Virus record (IMG/VR): IMGVR_UViG_3300043442_000932
Location: 1-59,422 of that record
Reading direction: 5' to 3' (one strand)
Length of the DNA stretch: 59,422 nucleotides
Source: a virus
Lineage: Duplodnaviria; Caudoviricetes
Made by a program: the position numbers and the translations under genes. Numbering within the stretch: position 1 is the stretch's first letter; each line of letters opens with the position of its first letter. Under the pieces are notes generated by a model. The model ran no database searches and was not told the origin of the DNA. It saw nothing but the letters and a program-made list of their open reading frames with translations. This document shows positions 8,740-17,743 of the stretch, one piece after another.

Positions 8740-8999
8740 GCCGGCACCCGGGCTTCCTTCGCGCGATCGAGCATCTCGATCCAGTCCTCGCCGCGCACGG
8801 TGACGCAGCGGAGGAAGGCCATGCGAGCCGATGCCTGGATGTTGCCGAGCAGGTAGGCCGGAGTCTCCTCCAACTTCGGGCTCACGTCGAAGCTGACGCT
8901 CTTCGCCGAGACCCAGATCTCGGTGAGGACCCGCGAAAGTTCGCGGATGTCGTTCTCGAGGTCGCTGACCCTGAGTTCTAGTTCTTGCTTTGTTGCCAT
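8736..8999 (-). CDS. coiled-coil hypothetical protein
   Basis: 87 aa; RBS GAAAGGAC. Confidence 0.7.
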   Translation of the reverse strand: MATKQELELRVSDLENDIRELSRVLTEIWVSAKSVSFDVSPKLEETPAYLLGNIQASARMAFLRCVTVRGEDWIEMLDRAKEARVPA

Positions 9000-9047
9000 G
9001 TCGATGTCCTTTCGTTGTTGGTAGATACCATTATAACAACTTTAGTT

Positions 9048-9305
9048 TCAGCCGGCCTCGTCCATCACCGGGTCGACCGCGTTACGCAAGGCTGTGTCGA
9101 TCCAGGCGTCCCGGTACTGGGTTGAGAACTTGAAGCCGCGATCGCTCGCGCGATTGAAGAGATACCAGCGGAAGAACTTCTCCGGGTCCTTGGCCTTCAC
9201 CCGCCCGCACGCTAACTCGATGCGATACAGGCTGCGGAGTTCTGGAGTGTCGAGGTCGCTCAGCGCCGCGACAAGCGCGCTGAAGTCTGCGTGTGAGACC
9301 TTCAT
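9048..9305 (-). CDS. hypothetical protein
   Basis: 85 aa; TGA overlaps the element. Confidence 0.7.
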   Translation of the reverse strand: MKVSHADFSALVAALSDLDTPELRSLYRIELACGRVKAKDPEKFFRWYLFNRASDRGFKFSTQYRDAWIDTALRNAVDPVMDEAG

Positions 9306-9590
9306 TCAGTCCCACCCCCTGCATCCGCAATAGAAGATGTCGTGCTCGAGAGCGCCGATCGGGTGGAACTCGTGATCGAGAATCCTCTTGAGGTGCGTCG
9401 CAGTCGGATCATTCTTCGCTCGCTCGTGAGCGACGTCGTGGTAGGCGCAGGTCCCGCATCGCACTTGAGCGACTCGTGATCCCTCTCCACGGTACTCGAA
9501 GAATGCCAGGTTGAAGTCTGACGGCTCGGTTCGTCCACACGAGCACTTCGCTGTGCGTCCGATGAGTTGGTCTTGCGTGATGGCTGTCAT
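9306..9590 (-). CDS. Cys/His-rich hypothetical protein
   Basis: 94 aa; CSCG, CGTC...H, YCGCRGWD. Confidence 0.72.
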   Translation of the reverse strand: MTAITQDQLIGRTAKCSCGRTEPSDFNLAFFEYRGEGSRVAQVRCGTCAYHDVAHERAKNDPTATHLKRILDHEFHPIGALEHDIFYCGCRGWD

Positions 9591-9688
9591 TGCTGTCCTT
9601 TCGTAGGTGATGATTCCATTATAACAACTTTAGTTTCAGCGCCGGGCCCGGGCCTCCCGCCCGGACCCAGACGCCTAGTGAATCTGAG

Positions 9689-9868
9689 TTACCACTCGCA
9701 GTCGACGGGCTCGAACCCGAGATCACGCGCGACCCTGCGCGCCTCTGCGGCAGTCTTGAATCCATCGAACGTCGGGCCGACGATCTTCGTCTGGCCTCCT
9801 CGCGGATTCTTGTGGACTCCGATGAACCGGCCATTCGGCTGATCCACGATGACCATGACTTTCTTCAT
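9689..9868 (-). CDS. small hypothetical protein
   Basis: 59 aa MKKVMVIVDQPNG...; RBS GAAAGGGGA. Confidence 0.65.
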   Translation of the reverse strand: MKKVMVIVDQPNGRFIGVHKNPRGGQTKIVGPTFDGFKTAAEARRVARDLGFEPVDCEW

Positions 9869-9919
9869 GTGTTTCCCCTTTCGTTGAAGTTGACGATTCA
9901 ATTATACAAACTTTAGTTT

Positions 9920-10219
9920 CTAGTCCAGGTAGTAGACGAAGTTTGACATCGCTTTGTCCCAAGCGTGAGAGAACTCATTCTCATCGGCTTGAGCGAATCC
10001 AAAGTTTGGATTGTTGTGCGATGCTCCGACAAGTACTGCTGCTCTGGCCATTGCTGTGTCCAGACCTGGATACTTTTCTTGCCAAGCGTTCGCGATGTAG
10101 TCACCCCACGTGACGACATACGCGTCATCGGAGATTGAGATGTAGACCTCAATGTCGTCTCCTTGGTGGCCAAAGAGCAGGTTCTCGGTGTCTTGAACTA
10201 TTAGTGATTCCATTGTCAT
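9920..10219 (-). CDS. hypothetical protein
   Basis: 99 aa; WGDYIANAWQEKY; TAG abuts the element. Confidence 0.7.
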   Translation of the reverse strand: MTMESLIVQDTENLLFGHQGDDIEVYISISDDAYVVTWGDYIANAWQEKYPGLDTAMARAAVLVGASHNNPNFGFAQADENEFSHAWDKAMSNFVYYLD

Positions 10220-10266
10220 TGGTGTCCTTTCGTCAGGTTGATGATTCAATTATACAAACTTTAGTT

Positions 10267-10620
10267 TCAGACTTCGTCAACAGGCACGGCCTTCGGGTAC
10301 GCGGAGATCGGAGTCCCACCCGGGATCACACTCACGTGTGTCTTCGTTTCGCGGAAGATCGGCCATTCGTCTTGCGTTTCAAACTTTCGCCAAGGCGACG
10401 CTTCTTCAGTTCCACATTCTGAGCAGATCTCAGTCTTGTCGTCAGTGCGCGACAGCGCGCCTGGGTACGCTCCCGGGTTGTCGTTTGTCGGGATGAACGA
10501 CGACTCGCAGCGCGGGCACACAGTCGCGTAGGCTGACCCGTCAACAGTTTCAGGCCCTGGCCAGGCCTGACCCGTCAACGATTCTTCGCCTTCCCTAGCC
10601 GGGCCTGACGTTTCGCTCAC
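10267..10620 (-). CDS. zinc-finger hypothetical protein
   Basis: CPRC...YPGALSRTDDKTEICSECGTEEA. Confidence 0.72.
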   Translation of the reverse strand: MSETSGPAREGEESLTGQAWPGPETVDGSAYATVCPRCESSFIPTNDNPGAYPGALSRTDDKTEICSECGTEEASPWRKFETQDEWPIFRETKTHVSVIPGGTPISAYPKAVPVDEV

Positions 10621-10892
10621 CTGTGCTCCTTGAGGTACGCTTCGATTCCGGCCATCATGTCAGGCAAAGCCTCACGCGCCTCGAGTGTGCTTTGCAGCAT
10701 GCTGATCCGTTCACTCAGCGCGTCTAGGCAAGCCAACTGCGCGCCGACACTCGGGTGAGTCGGTCCGTCTTCTTGCAGAGAAACTAGGTGATGCATTCGA
10801 GTCATGAGAGCCGTCACCACCACGTCGAGCTCGTAGGCCGACATGCTCATCTCGATTGATGGCTCTTCCGTCTTCTTCTTCTTTCGTTTCAT
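10617..10892 (-). CDS. hypothetical protein
   Basis: 91 aa; RBS AGGAGG. Confidence 0.7.
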   Translation of the reverse strand: MKRKKKKTEEPSIEMSMSAYELDVVVTALMTRMHHLVSLQEDGPTHPSVGAQLACLDALSERISMLQSTLEAREALPDMMAGIEAYLKEHR

Positions 10893-10973
10893 GTGGACCT
10901 CCTGTCCGTCATTTGGTTTGTGCGGTGCAGGCCGGAGGACAATGGGACTTGGACCCGGCCCGCACCACGATCT

Positions 10974-12824
10974 TTACTTTCCTGCTCCGCCGACCGCGGT
11001 CAACGCCTTGGCCGCTGCCGCGCCGATGAGTTGCGCCGCGCTCGCGATGTCGCGTCCGCACGCTACGACCTGCGCCTTGGTGCCACGGCAGATGTGCTCC
11101 GCCTCGCGTGACACGTGGCCGTGGTGCTCGAAGGTGAGCCACAGCACTCCGACACCGGCGCGATCGCACTCGTTGATCCACTTGCGTGCCGCCTGCGACT
11201 CGGCGTGAGTGTAGCAGCCATCGCTTGCGACGACCAGGAGTCGTGCGCCACCTCCAGAGAGGAGCGACACTCCGCCATCGAGAGCCTTGAACGCTTTGTC
11301 GAACCGCTCGGTGCCATCAGGTGCGCTGTACACGGTGACCTTGTCGAGGTGCTGACCGGGCTTGAGAGTCGGGAAGACGCCCTGACCGTAGTAGACCATC
11401 GCTGCTCGTCCTTGGACTCGGCGGACTGCCTCAGACATGACCCACGCTGAGACGGCCATCGGCTGCATCGCGTCGCTCATCGAGCCGCTGATGTCAACCA
11501 TCATGCCGACCGAGAGAGTCGGGTCGTCGACGTGCTTGCGGACGGTGCGGCGCCAAGGCTCGACCTGTGTCATGACACCCTTGCTCTTGAGCGCGGCGCC
11601 CTGCACCATCGCACGAGTGCGCAGGCGACCAGGAGGCAAGATCGAGTGGATCTCCTTCTCGTCACGATCGCGGTACTTCGCCTTGTCGAGCATCTGCGCG
11701 ACCTTGACAGCGGCCGAACGCTCGGGACCTGTCGGCTGACGCTCCTCAACAAGGGTGCTGGCAGTGTGCGTGTCTGCGACCGGACCAGTGCCTTTGCCGA
11801 AGACGTCGGCCGCGGTGTCGCGTGCGTCCTTGGCTTGCTTCGCGGCACCAGCGCGTGACTTGGCTTCGTCCTTCCAGTCCTGGCGTTCTTGCTGATCTGC
11901 GAGTTGGTCGTTGACAGAGACCGCGGTAGCTTCAGCGGCCTCCTCAAGAGCTTCCATCATCTCAGCGAAGTCCTCCGCACCGAGACCCGAGCTTGAGCCT
12001 TCGCCATCGCCTGAGCCATCGCCGCTTCCGCTGCCATCGCCAGGCTGACCATCTTCTGCGTCCTCTTCACCACGCTCCTCAGAGACTTCCTTGATCAGCG
12101 CTTCCCAGCGTCGGGCGATGTCCATGAGCACTGTGATGTTCGCGGCTTCGGTGTCTTGAGCTTGCTGCCAGAGAGCGCGGAGCTTGTCGTAGAGCTCTAC
12201 GCCCAAGATGCCGACGATCATCGTGCCGAGATCGGCAAGGTCGTCGAAGTCGAGGACACCAGCGTCGATGCGAGCGTACGTCAGAGCCGCCATGTTCGCG
12301 GCGATACGAGTCTTAGATCCCTCAATCGGGTTGTCACGCATGTCGGCGACGACCAGCTCGAGAGCGCACGCCTTGAGGAAGGCGGCCATGTCTGGGTCGA
12401 GAGCAACGCCGCGCTTCTCGATGCGTCCCTCTTCGAGATACACCAGCGCCATGAACTCGTGGCGCGTGAGCTCGTGCTGCATCGCGATGATGTCCCACGT
12501 GCTGAACCGAGCGTGCATCGCTTCGTGGTAGATGGCGCCGATGGCTTTCGGCCACTCGTACATGACGTCACGCTGAGTGAGGTCGCCGATCATCTCTGGC
12601 TTGATGCCTTTGCCGAACGCAGTCTCGACGTTGACCTCAACTTCCGCAGTCGCGGGAGTGAAGCAGGCCGGCGCTGTGCCGCCTGCGCCTGGTCCTACGT
12701 AGGCGATGAGGTCGCCGCGTGACGCCCACATGTTGGCGAGTATGCCGATCTTCGAGCCGACTGGCAGCCACTCTGACGGAGTTGCCTGGCCCTTGGTCTT
12801 GCGCTTGTAGTCGATGTGTCCCAT
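10974..12824 (-). CDS. CobT-like protein: HExxH metallopeptidase-like N-domain, acidic linker, C-terminal VWA domain
   Basis: YHEAMHAR...LEEGRIE; GDGSG acidic linker; MIDAS VDISGSM...GT...SDG; likely start MGHIDYK at 12824. Confidence 0.85.
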   Translation of the reverse strand: MGHIDYKRKTKGQATPSEWLPVGSKIGILANMWASRGDLIAYVGPGAGGTAPACFTPATAEVEVNVETAFGKGIKPEMIGDLTQRDVMYEWPKAIGAIYHEAMHARFSTWDIIAMQHELTRHEFMALVYLEEGRIEKRGVALDPDMAAFLKACALELVVADMRDNPIEGSKTRIAANMAALTYARIDAGVLDFDDLADLGTMIVGILGVELYDKLRALWQQAQDTEAANITVLMDIARRWEALIKEVSEERGEEDAEDGQPGDGSGSGDGSGDGEGSSSGLGAEDFAEMMEALEEAAEATAVSVNDQLADQQERQDWKDEAKSRAGAAKQAKDARDTAADVFGKGTGPVADTHTASTLVEERQPTGPERSAAVKVAQMLDKAKYRDRDEKEIHSILPPGRLRTRAMVQGAALKSKGVMTQVEPWRRTVRKHVDDPTLSVGMMVDISGSMSDAMQPMAVSAWVMSEAVRRVQGRAAMVYYGQGVFPTLKPGQHLDKVTVYSAPDGTERFDKAFKALDGGVSLLSGGGARLLVVASDGCYTHAESQAARKWINECDRAGVGVLWLTFEHHGHVSREAEHICRGTKAQVVACGRDIASAAQLIGAAAAKALTAVGGAGK

Positions 12825-12955
12825 AGTTTGTCCTTTGTCCTTGTCCCTGGTATCAATTATACCAACTTTAGTTTCTGAGAACCCCCAAGGGAGGTCCCTG
12901 GACACCTACTATCCAGAGACCCCCCGCAGCCAAGAGAGCCGAAAGGGGTGAAGGC

Positions 12956-13954
12956 TCAGATCTTGGCAGGTCTGCACTCTTCTCCGAAGACTCGAGTGAA
13001 GACATCGGCGACCACCGGGCGATCGAGCTCGGGCGCTGCCGCGAGCAAGTTGCTGATGGCGAACTTGGTGCCGAATGTCGTGCTGAGATCTCGGAAGGCG
13101 AGGAGCTCACGCATCTGCGGAGCCCACGACGTCTCGGCCGAGTCCTGCTTCTTGGCGAGGTTCTGCGCCGCGGTGACGGCGGCAGTCGGAACGCCGAGCT
13201 TGCGAGCAAGCGACCAGTCGGTGGTCATCTCGGCGTGAACCGCGAAGCGAGAGAGGAGAGCCTCAGAGAGGCGGACTCCCGGCGCATTCGGGTTTGTGGC
13301 CGCGATGACGTAGAACCCATCGGCAGCCTTGACGGTGCCGCGTTCAGGATTGGCAGTGACGTTGTACTCGCGTCGGCCGTCCATGAGACCGTAGACGATG
13401 CTGAGCACCTTCGGGTCGATGAGACCGATCTCGTCGATCAGCAGGACGCCGCCGGCTTCAGCAGCCTTGACAAGCGGACCATCTTCCCAGATGAAGCCGC
13501 CGCTCGGAGTCTGGACGTAGCCGCCCACGAGATCTGCGACTTCAGTGTCACCCGAGCCGAGCACAGTCTGCATGCCGCCGGCCTGGTCGTAGAACGCCGC
13601 TTCGACGAGTGCAGTCTTGCCGCAGCCGGGAGCTCCGTAGAGGAGGATGTAGCTGGACATCTCACGCGCCTTGCGGAGCACCATGACGTCGTCATGCTCA
13701 CCCCACTTGCGAGTGTAGTAGGCCTCGCCATTGGGTCGCATGAACTTGTCCATGCCAGTGAGTGATTCGGTGGTCGTCACGGCGACTTTCTTCTTGGGCG
13801 CTGGCGCGCGGGTCGGAGTGATCTTACCTTGTGCATTGACGTGCTCTGCTAGCTTCGTGGCCGCGTTGGTGTCGAACGCCTGAGCGGCGGCCGAGACCAG
13901 CAGGTCGGCGAGGCCGGCGCTGAGCTTGTCGTAGTCTGGAATTGTTGATGTCAT
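12956..13954 (-). CDS. MoxR/CobS-like AAA+ ATPase
   Basis: Walker A GAPGCGKT, DLVG, Walker B LLIDEI, IAATNP, SEALLSRF. Confidence 0.92.
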   Translation of the reverse strand: MTSTIPDYDKLSAGLADLLVSAAAQAFDTNAATKLAEHVNAQGKITPTRAPAPKKKVAVTTTESLTGMDKFMRPNGEAYYTRKWGEHDDVMVLRKAREMSSYILLYGAPGCGKTALVEAAFYDQAGGMQTVLGSGDTEVADLVGGYVQTPSGGFIWEDGPLVKAAEAGGVLLIDEIGLIDPKVLSIVYGLMDGRREYNVTANPERGTVKAADGFYVIAATNPNAPGVRLSEALLSRFAVHAEMTTDWSLARKLGVPTAAVTAAQNLAKKQDSAETSWAPQMRELLAFRDLSTTFGTKFAISNLLAAAPELDRPVVADVFTRVFGEECRPAKI

Positions 13955-14011
13955 TTTGTGTTTCCCCTTTGTGGTTTGTAGGTGTTGGATTCCATTATAC
14001 TAACTTTAGTT

Positions 14012-14485
14012 TCAGACCGAAGGCTGCGGGATGATCTTCTCAGGGAAGCCCCACGACTTACGAGTCTTCATGATTCGGCCAATGACTTTGTACGGCGTGT
14101 GGCCACGGCGTACCGCGAGCAGGTCGTCGGCGCTGACCTCAACGACAAGCGGACGCTTGACAATCTTCCAGCCGTTGGTGATCAGCGAGACGTACAGCGA
14201 GTCTGTCAGAGACAGGACGTCGCGGGTCATCTCACGGAGCTGAAGGTCAGTGTGAGTGTTGGTCGTCGGCGTGACACCAGGATTGAGAATCTTGGAGCTC
14301 GTGAACTGACGCCAGTTCTTCTTCGGTGCGGCGATGGTGAGACGGCGACGGTAGGTCGTCATCGGCACAACTGCCATGTCTGCTGCGCGGCCCTCAGGCA
14401 TGATGAGAACCTGAGTGACTTGCGAGGGTCGCTCGAACTCTAGATAGAGAGCTCTTCCGACCAGTGTGTTCTTGATGTCTGTCAT
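14012..14485 (-). CDS. hypothetical protein
   Basis: 157 aa bounded by two elements. Confidence 0.75.
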   Translation of the reverse strand: MTDIKNTLVGRALYLEFERPSQVTQVLIMPEGRAADMAVVPMTTYRRRLTIAAPKKNWRQFTSSKILNPGVTPTTNTHTDLQLREMTRDVLSLTDSLYVSLITNGWKIVKRPLVVEVSADDLLAVRRGHTPYKVIGRIMKTRKSWGFPEKIIPQPSV

Positions 14486-14539
14486 TGTGTCTTTCCCCTT
14501 TGTTGGTAGGTTGTAGTATCTATTATAACAACTTTAGTT

Positions 14540-14848
14540 TCAGGCCTGGGCCTTCGGGACCCGGGCTACCAGGGTCCAGCGAACTCGGCCGGCCTTGTCC
14601 GGGTTCTTGAGGATCACCCACTCGAGCGTCCAGCCGGTGGACTCGTTGAATCGCTTCCGCAGGTTGTAGCGGACGGTGTGGCAGTAGGCGTTGCTGCTGC
14701 CTTGGTACACGACGCCCCACTCTCCTGCGCGGCGCTTGATCGCGGCTAGGCGACGTGCGTACTTGCCTTCGCGAGACTTCTTTTGCGGAGTCGTGCGAAG
14801 CTGCGAGACCATCTCGTCGCTGATGAATGTGGTGATTGGCTTTGTCAT
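14540..14848 (-). CDS. basic hypothetical protein
   Basis: 102 aa; RBS CTGGGAGG; TGA overlaps the element. Confidence 0.72.
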   Translation of the reverse strand: MTKPITTFISDEMVSQLRTTPQKKSREGKYARRLAAIKRRAGEWGVVYQGSSNAYCHTVRYNLRKRFNESTGWTLEWVILKNPDKAGRVRWTLVARVPKAQA

Positions 14849-14904
14849 TGTGAGCCCTCCCAGGCGTAGTGGTTGACGTATTCCATTATAACAACTTTAG
14901 TTTC

Positions 14905-15303
14905 TCAGCTCACCGCCGCGAGCTGAGTAGACGGCACGCTGGTGAATGTGATCCAGACGTCGAAGTGGCTGAACGTGTTGCCGCCGATGTTGAGCGTCTG
15001 CTTCGGCAGGACGAATCCTGGCGAGCACGGGCACGAGCAGCCTGCGCGCTGCGACCACTGCAACTTGCCGAGATCAAACATCTCGCCAAGCAGCGAGCTA
15101 TGGATCAGCGTCTTGTAGAGGTTGTACGGGCGGCTGCGACGATTCATCAGGTTCTCGACGAGCGTCTCGTCCTTGACGTCGACGTACATGCGCGGAGCCG
15201 AGACGTACTCGGAGTAGCGCTGTCCGGCGTAGAGCTTGCGCTCGATGATCGTGATCTCAATGTCCTTGAGACGGCATGTGTATCGCTTGCGGGTATCTTC
15301 CAT
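14905..15303 (-). CDS. hypothetical protein
   Basis: 132 aa; WSQRAGCSCPCSPGF motif. Confidence 0.75.
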   Translation of the reverse strand: MEDTRKRYTCRLKDIEITIIERKLYAGQRYSEYVSAPRMYVDVKDETLVENLMNRRSRPYNLYKTLIHSSLLGEMFDLGKLQWSQRAGCSCPCSPGFVLPKQTLNIGGNTFSHFDVWITFTSVPSTQLAAVS

Positions 15304-15360
15304 TGTGTTGTCCTTTCGTCGTAGGTTTGTATTGCGATACCATTATAACAACTTTAGTTT

Positions 15361-15456
15361 CTAGAAGTTGTTGCCGATGACAGATGACGCTGAAGCCATG
15401 ATCACGAAGAACGCAACGACGGCCGCGGCTATTGCGATCGCCCTCAGAGTCTTCAT
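15361..15456 (-). CDS. small hydrophobic peptide
   Basis: 31 aa MKTLRAIAIAAAVVAFFVIMASASSVIGNNF; ATGA coupling; TAG abuts the element. Confidence 0.55.
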   Translation of the reverse strand: MKTLRAIAIAAAVVAFFVIMASASSVIGNNF

Positions 15457-15695
15457 AGCTCCTCCGGCCGCAGGCCTTCGACAAGCACCTTGAATAGGTC
15501 CTCATGCGTGAGTGTCTGCTCATCGACGATCTGGCCGCAGCTGAAGAACGCGAACGTAATCTCTTCACGGCCTACGCTGATCTCAAGTTCTTCTCGTTCT
15601 TGATCGTAGTAGTCTCCGACGAACACCCGCACAACGCGGCGCTCTTCATCGCCGAGCTCGCAGGTGTCGATTGACAGGTCTGGTTTTGTGATCAT
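15453..15695 (-). CDS. hypothetical protein
   Basis: 80 aa acidic ORF. Confidence 0.65.
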   Translation of the reverse strand: MITKPDLSIDTCELGDEERRVVRVFVGDYYDQEREELEISVGREEITFAFFSCGQIVDEQTLTHEDLFKVLVEGLRPEEL

Positions 15696-15780
15696 GATGT
15701 GTGTGTGTGTCCAGTTCTCCCAGGAACCGGGCTCAGTATCTCCAAGGATGTGAGCCCGGCTCCTAGCATGGGAGGTGACG

Positions 15781-16215
15781 CTAGACCGCAGCCCCTTCCT
15801 CGCTCAGACCGGCGATCATGTTGACGAACTCGTCGCTGTTGCGAACAGAGTCGCCAGCCGCGAGATCAATGAAGTCGTCGAAGCTCATTCGCGCGACGAG
15901 GTTTGTGATGTTGGACGCCTCACGCATCTCGACGATGCACTTGTCCCAGACAACGACCAGTACGTAGTCGTAGTCCGGCATGCAGAAGCTCTCTCCTGCG
16001 CTGATGCCGAAGTTCAGCTCCTGCGACCAGAGATCTCCGATGATCGTCGACATCGCGATGCGTGTCGCATAGCTCGAGTCTGACCATCGCGGCTTCGCCT
16101 GAATGATCGCTTGCGCGAGATCTTGCCTTTGACTTGATCCGCCCCAGTGGCTGTACAGCCACACCGGCGTCGCGTCTTTACTTTCCTTGAATCCGAATAC
16201 TGCCCTGTCACCCAT
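15781..16215 (-). CDS. hypothetical phage protein
   Basis: 144 aa; MGDRA...LYSHWGG...PRWSDSSYATRI; RBS CTGGGAGG. Confidence 0.78.
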   Translation of the reverse strand: MGDRAVFGFKESKDATPVWLYSHWGGSSQRQDLAQAIIQAKPRWSDSSYATRIAMSTIIGDLWSQELNFGISAGESFCMPDYDYVLVVVWDKCIVEMREASNITNLVARMSFDDFIDLAAGDSVRNSDEFVNMIAGLSEEGAAV

Positions 16216-16302
16216 GTTGTTGACCTCCCAGTCTTTGTTGTGGTGATGTGACTCGTGAGTGGGGCCCGGGCGGGATTGCCCGGACCCCGAACTCGCGAGG
16301 TA

Positions 16303-16644
16303 TTACTTGGCCAAGAGGACCGTGTAGTTCCCCTCAACCAGCGTCGCGGAGTATGCCTCCGGGAACGCGGCCTTGAGAGCCTCTCGGTCGATCTTGCTCA
16401 TGTTGCGGAGCGAGATCGTGATTCGCTCGACACCGCCGATGGTGGCTGAGGTGCAGTCACCGAGCATCTCGCGGAGAGCCTTCTCAGCGGCGTCCTTCTG
16501 CGCTTCGAGCGCCTTGATGCCTGCCTTGGCCTCAGCGAACTGCGCGATCAAGGCCTCGGCCATGTCACGATTGTCGTCGAGCACCGCGACCGACTTGGTC
16601 GTGGTGACCGCTGTCGTCGTGGTTGTGGTGGTTGTGGTTGCCAT
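16303..16644 (-). CDS. hypothetical protein resembling the C-terminal part of YqaJ-type viral recombinases
   Basis: Coiled coil + LREMLGD...IGG...KIDREALKAAFPEAY; poly-Thr N-terminus. Confidence 0.6.
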   Translation of the reverse strand: MATTTTTTTTTAVTTTKSVAVLDDNRDMAEALIAQFAEAKAGIKALEAQKDAAEKALREMLGDCTSATIGGVERITISLRNMSKIDREALKAAFPEAYSATLVEGNYTVLLAK

Positions 16645-16760
16645 TTTGTGAACCTCCCAGTTCTTGTTGATTGGCTGTATACCATTATAACAACTTTAGT
16701 TTCAGAGTTCGGGCTTTTCCAGGGCCCTGGCTCCTTGTCCCTAATAGTAAGGACGGGGTG

Positions 16761-16985
16761 TTACAGGGTTTCGTTGCGCGGCCGGAACGGAATGACCTGA
16801 GCGTCGGGCTTCTCTGGCTCAGGCTCGGGGGTGTCGGGGCGTTCTTTGTCCGCGAGTACCGAGACATAGCGAAGCTCGGCGTCGAGCTCTTCAGCGATGA
16901 ACTTCGCGAGGAAGTCAGAGATGGCCTCGGCCTTCTCTTCGTCGGCCTGAATCGAGAACGACGCGCTGATGTTGTACCAGGTCAT
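16761..16985 (-). CDS. hypothetical protein
   Basis: 74 aa; ends AQVIPFRPR. Confidence 0.65.
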   Translation of the reverse strand: MTWYNISASFSIQADEEKAEAISDFLAKFIAEELDAELRYVSVLADKERPDTPEPEPEKPDAQVIPFRPRNETL

Positions 16986-17413
16986 TTGCGCTCGTCCGGC
17001 CTGATCTCATACTTGCGGCCATCGGCCTTCTTGAATCGCCAGCCATAGTTCTTCATGAACGTTCGCAGCTGCCCACCGGTGACGCCCATCTTCTCGGCGA
17101 ACTCGGCGACTGTGAAGATCTGGTAGTGGTTCTCTGGAGTGTTGATCCAGCGTCGGATGACGTCGTCGGGATCGAGATCGGTGCGTCGGCCGCTGTTGAA
17201 GATGTCCTTACGGTTCTCTGCCGAGATCAGGTTTCGCTCGCGGCTACTGAGCACGACCATCGCTCGCGGAAGTCCGAGAACGTCGACGGCCTTTCGAAGA
17301 ATGTCCTCGGCCTGTTTCGGGTCGAAGATCTTGTAGCTGTCGTCTCCGCCGCGCAGCTCAGTGATGATCTCGTGGAATGTCTTTTCTTTGTCTTGCACTG
17401 TAGTCACTTCCAT
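16982..17413 (-). CDS. hypothetical protein with C-terminal winged-HTH-like region
   Basis: FTVAEFAEKMGVTGGQLRTFMK...FKK..GRKYEIR. Confidence 0.65.
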   Translation of the reverse strand: MEVTTVQDKEKTFHEIITELRGGDDSYKIFDPKQAEDILRKAVDVLGLPRAMVVLSSRERNLISAENRKDIFNSGRRTDLDPDDVIRRWINTPENHYQIFTVAEFAEKMGVTGGQLRTFMKNYGWRFKKADGRKYEIRPDERK

Positions 17414-17473
17414 GTACGTACCTCCCCAGGTAGTTGTTGGTAGGTACCATTATAACAACTTTAGTTTCCGAGC

Positions 17474-17722
17474 CTACAGCTCGAATCGCCAGAAGCCGGG
17501 GAAGAGAGACGGAAAGGCGCAGTCGATACAGATCGGCCAGGCCTCCTCATCTTCGTTGTCGACGAGCAGAGCACACGGAATGTAGGTGTCAGAGCACGGC
17601 CCAACCAAGATGCCGCAGTTCTCGCACTCGGTGTCGCCGATCGTGAAGTTGAAGAGACCGGATGTCGCGACGCGAATCGCGTCATCCGGCTCCTCGAGTA
17701 TGAGCATTTCGTACGAGATCAT
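17474..17722 (-). CDS. Cys-rich hypothetical protein
   Basis: CENCG...CIDC. Confidence 0.65.
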   Translation of the reverse strand: MISYEMLILEEPDDAIRVATSGLFNFTIGDTECENCGILVGPCSDTYIPCALLVDNEDEEAWPICIDCAFPSLFPGFWRFEL

Positions 17723-17743
17723 GAGCGTTGGTCGCTCATGGTA

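Noticed and set aside
12825-12905. N-terminal extension of the VWA ORF
   Set aside because: It runs through the promoter element; an RBS and ATG at 12824 give the likelier start
10974-13954. CobS/CobT as cobalamin biosynthesis genes feeding NrdJ
   Set aside because: No cobN or other cob genes; phage CobS/CobT-like pairs are generic MoxR/VWA systems
4535-16867. Short ORFs ending in LKLKLL (4535, 9619, 14523, 16685) or containing IITTLVS
   Set aside because: These are translations of the repeat element in shadow frames, not a protein family
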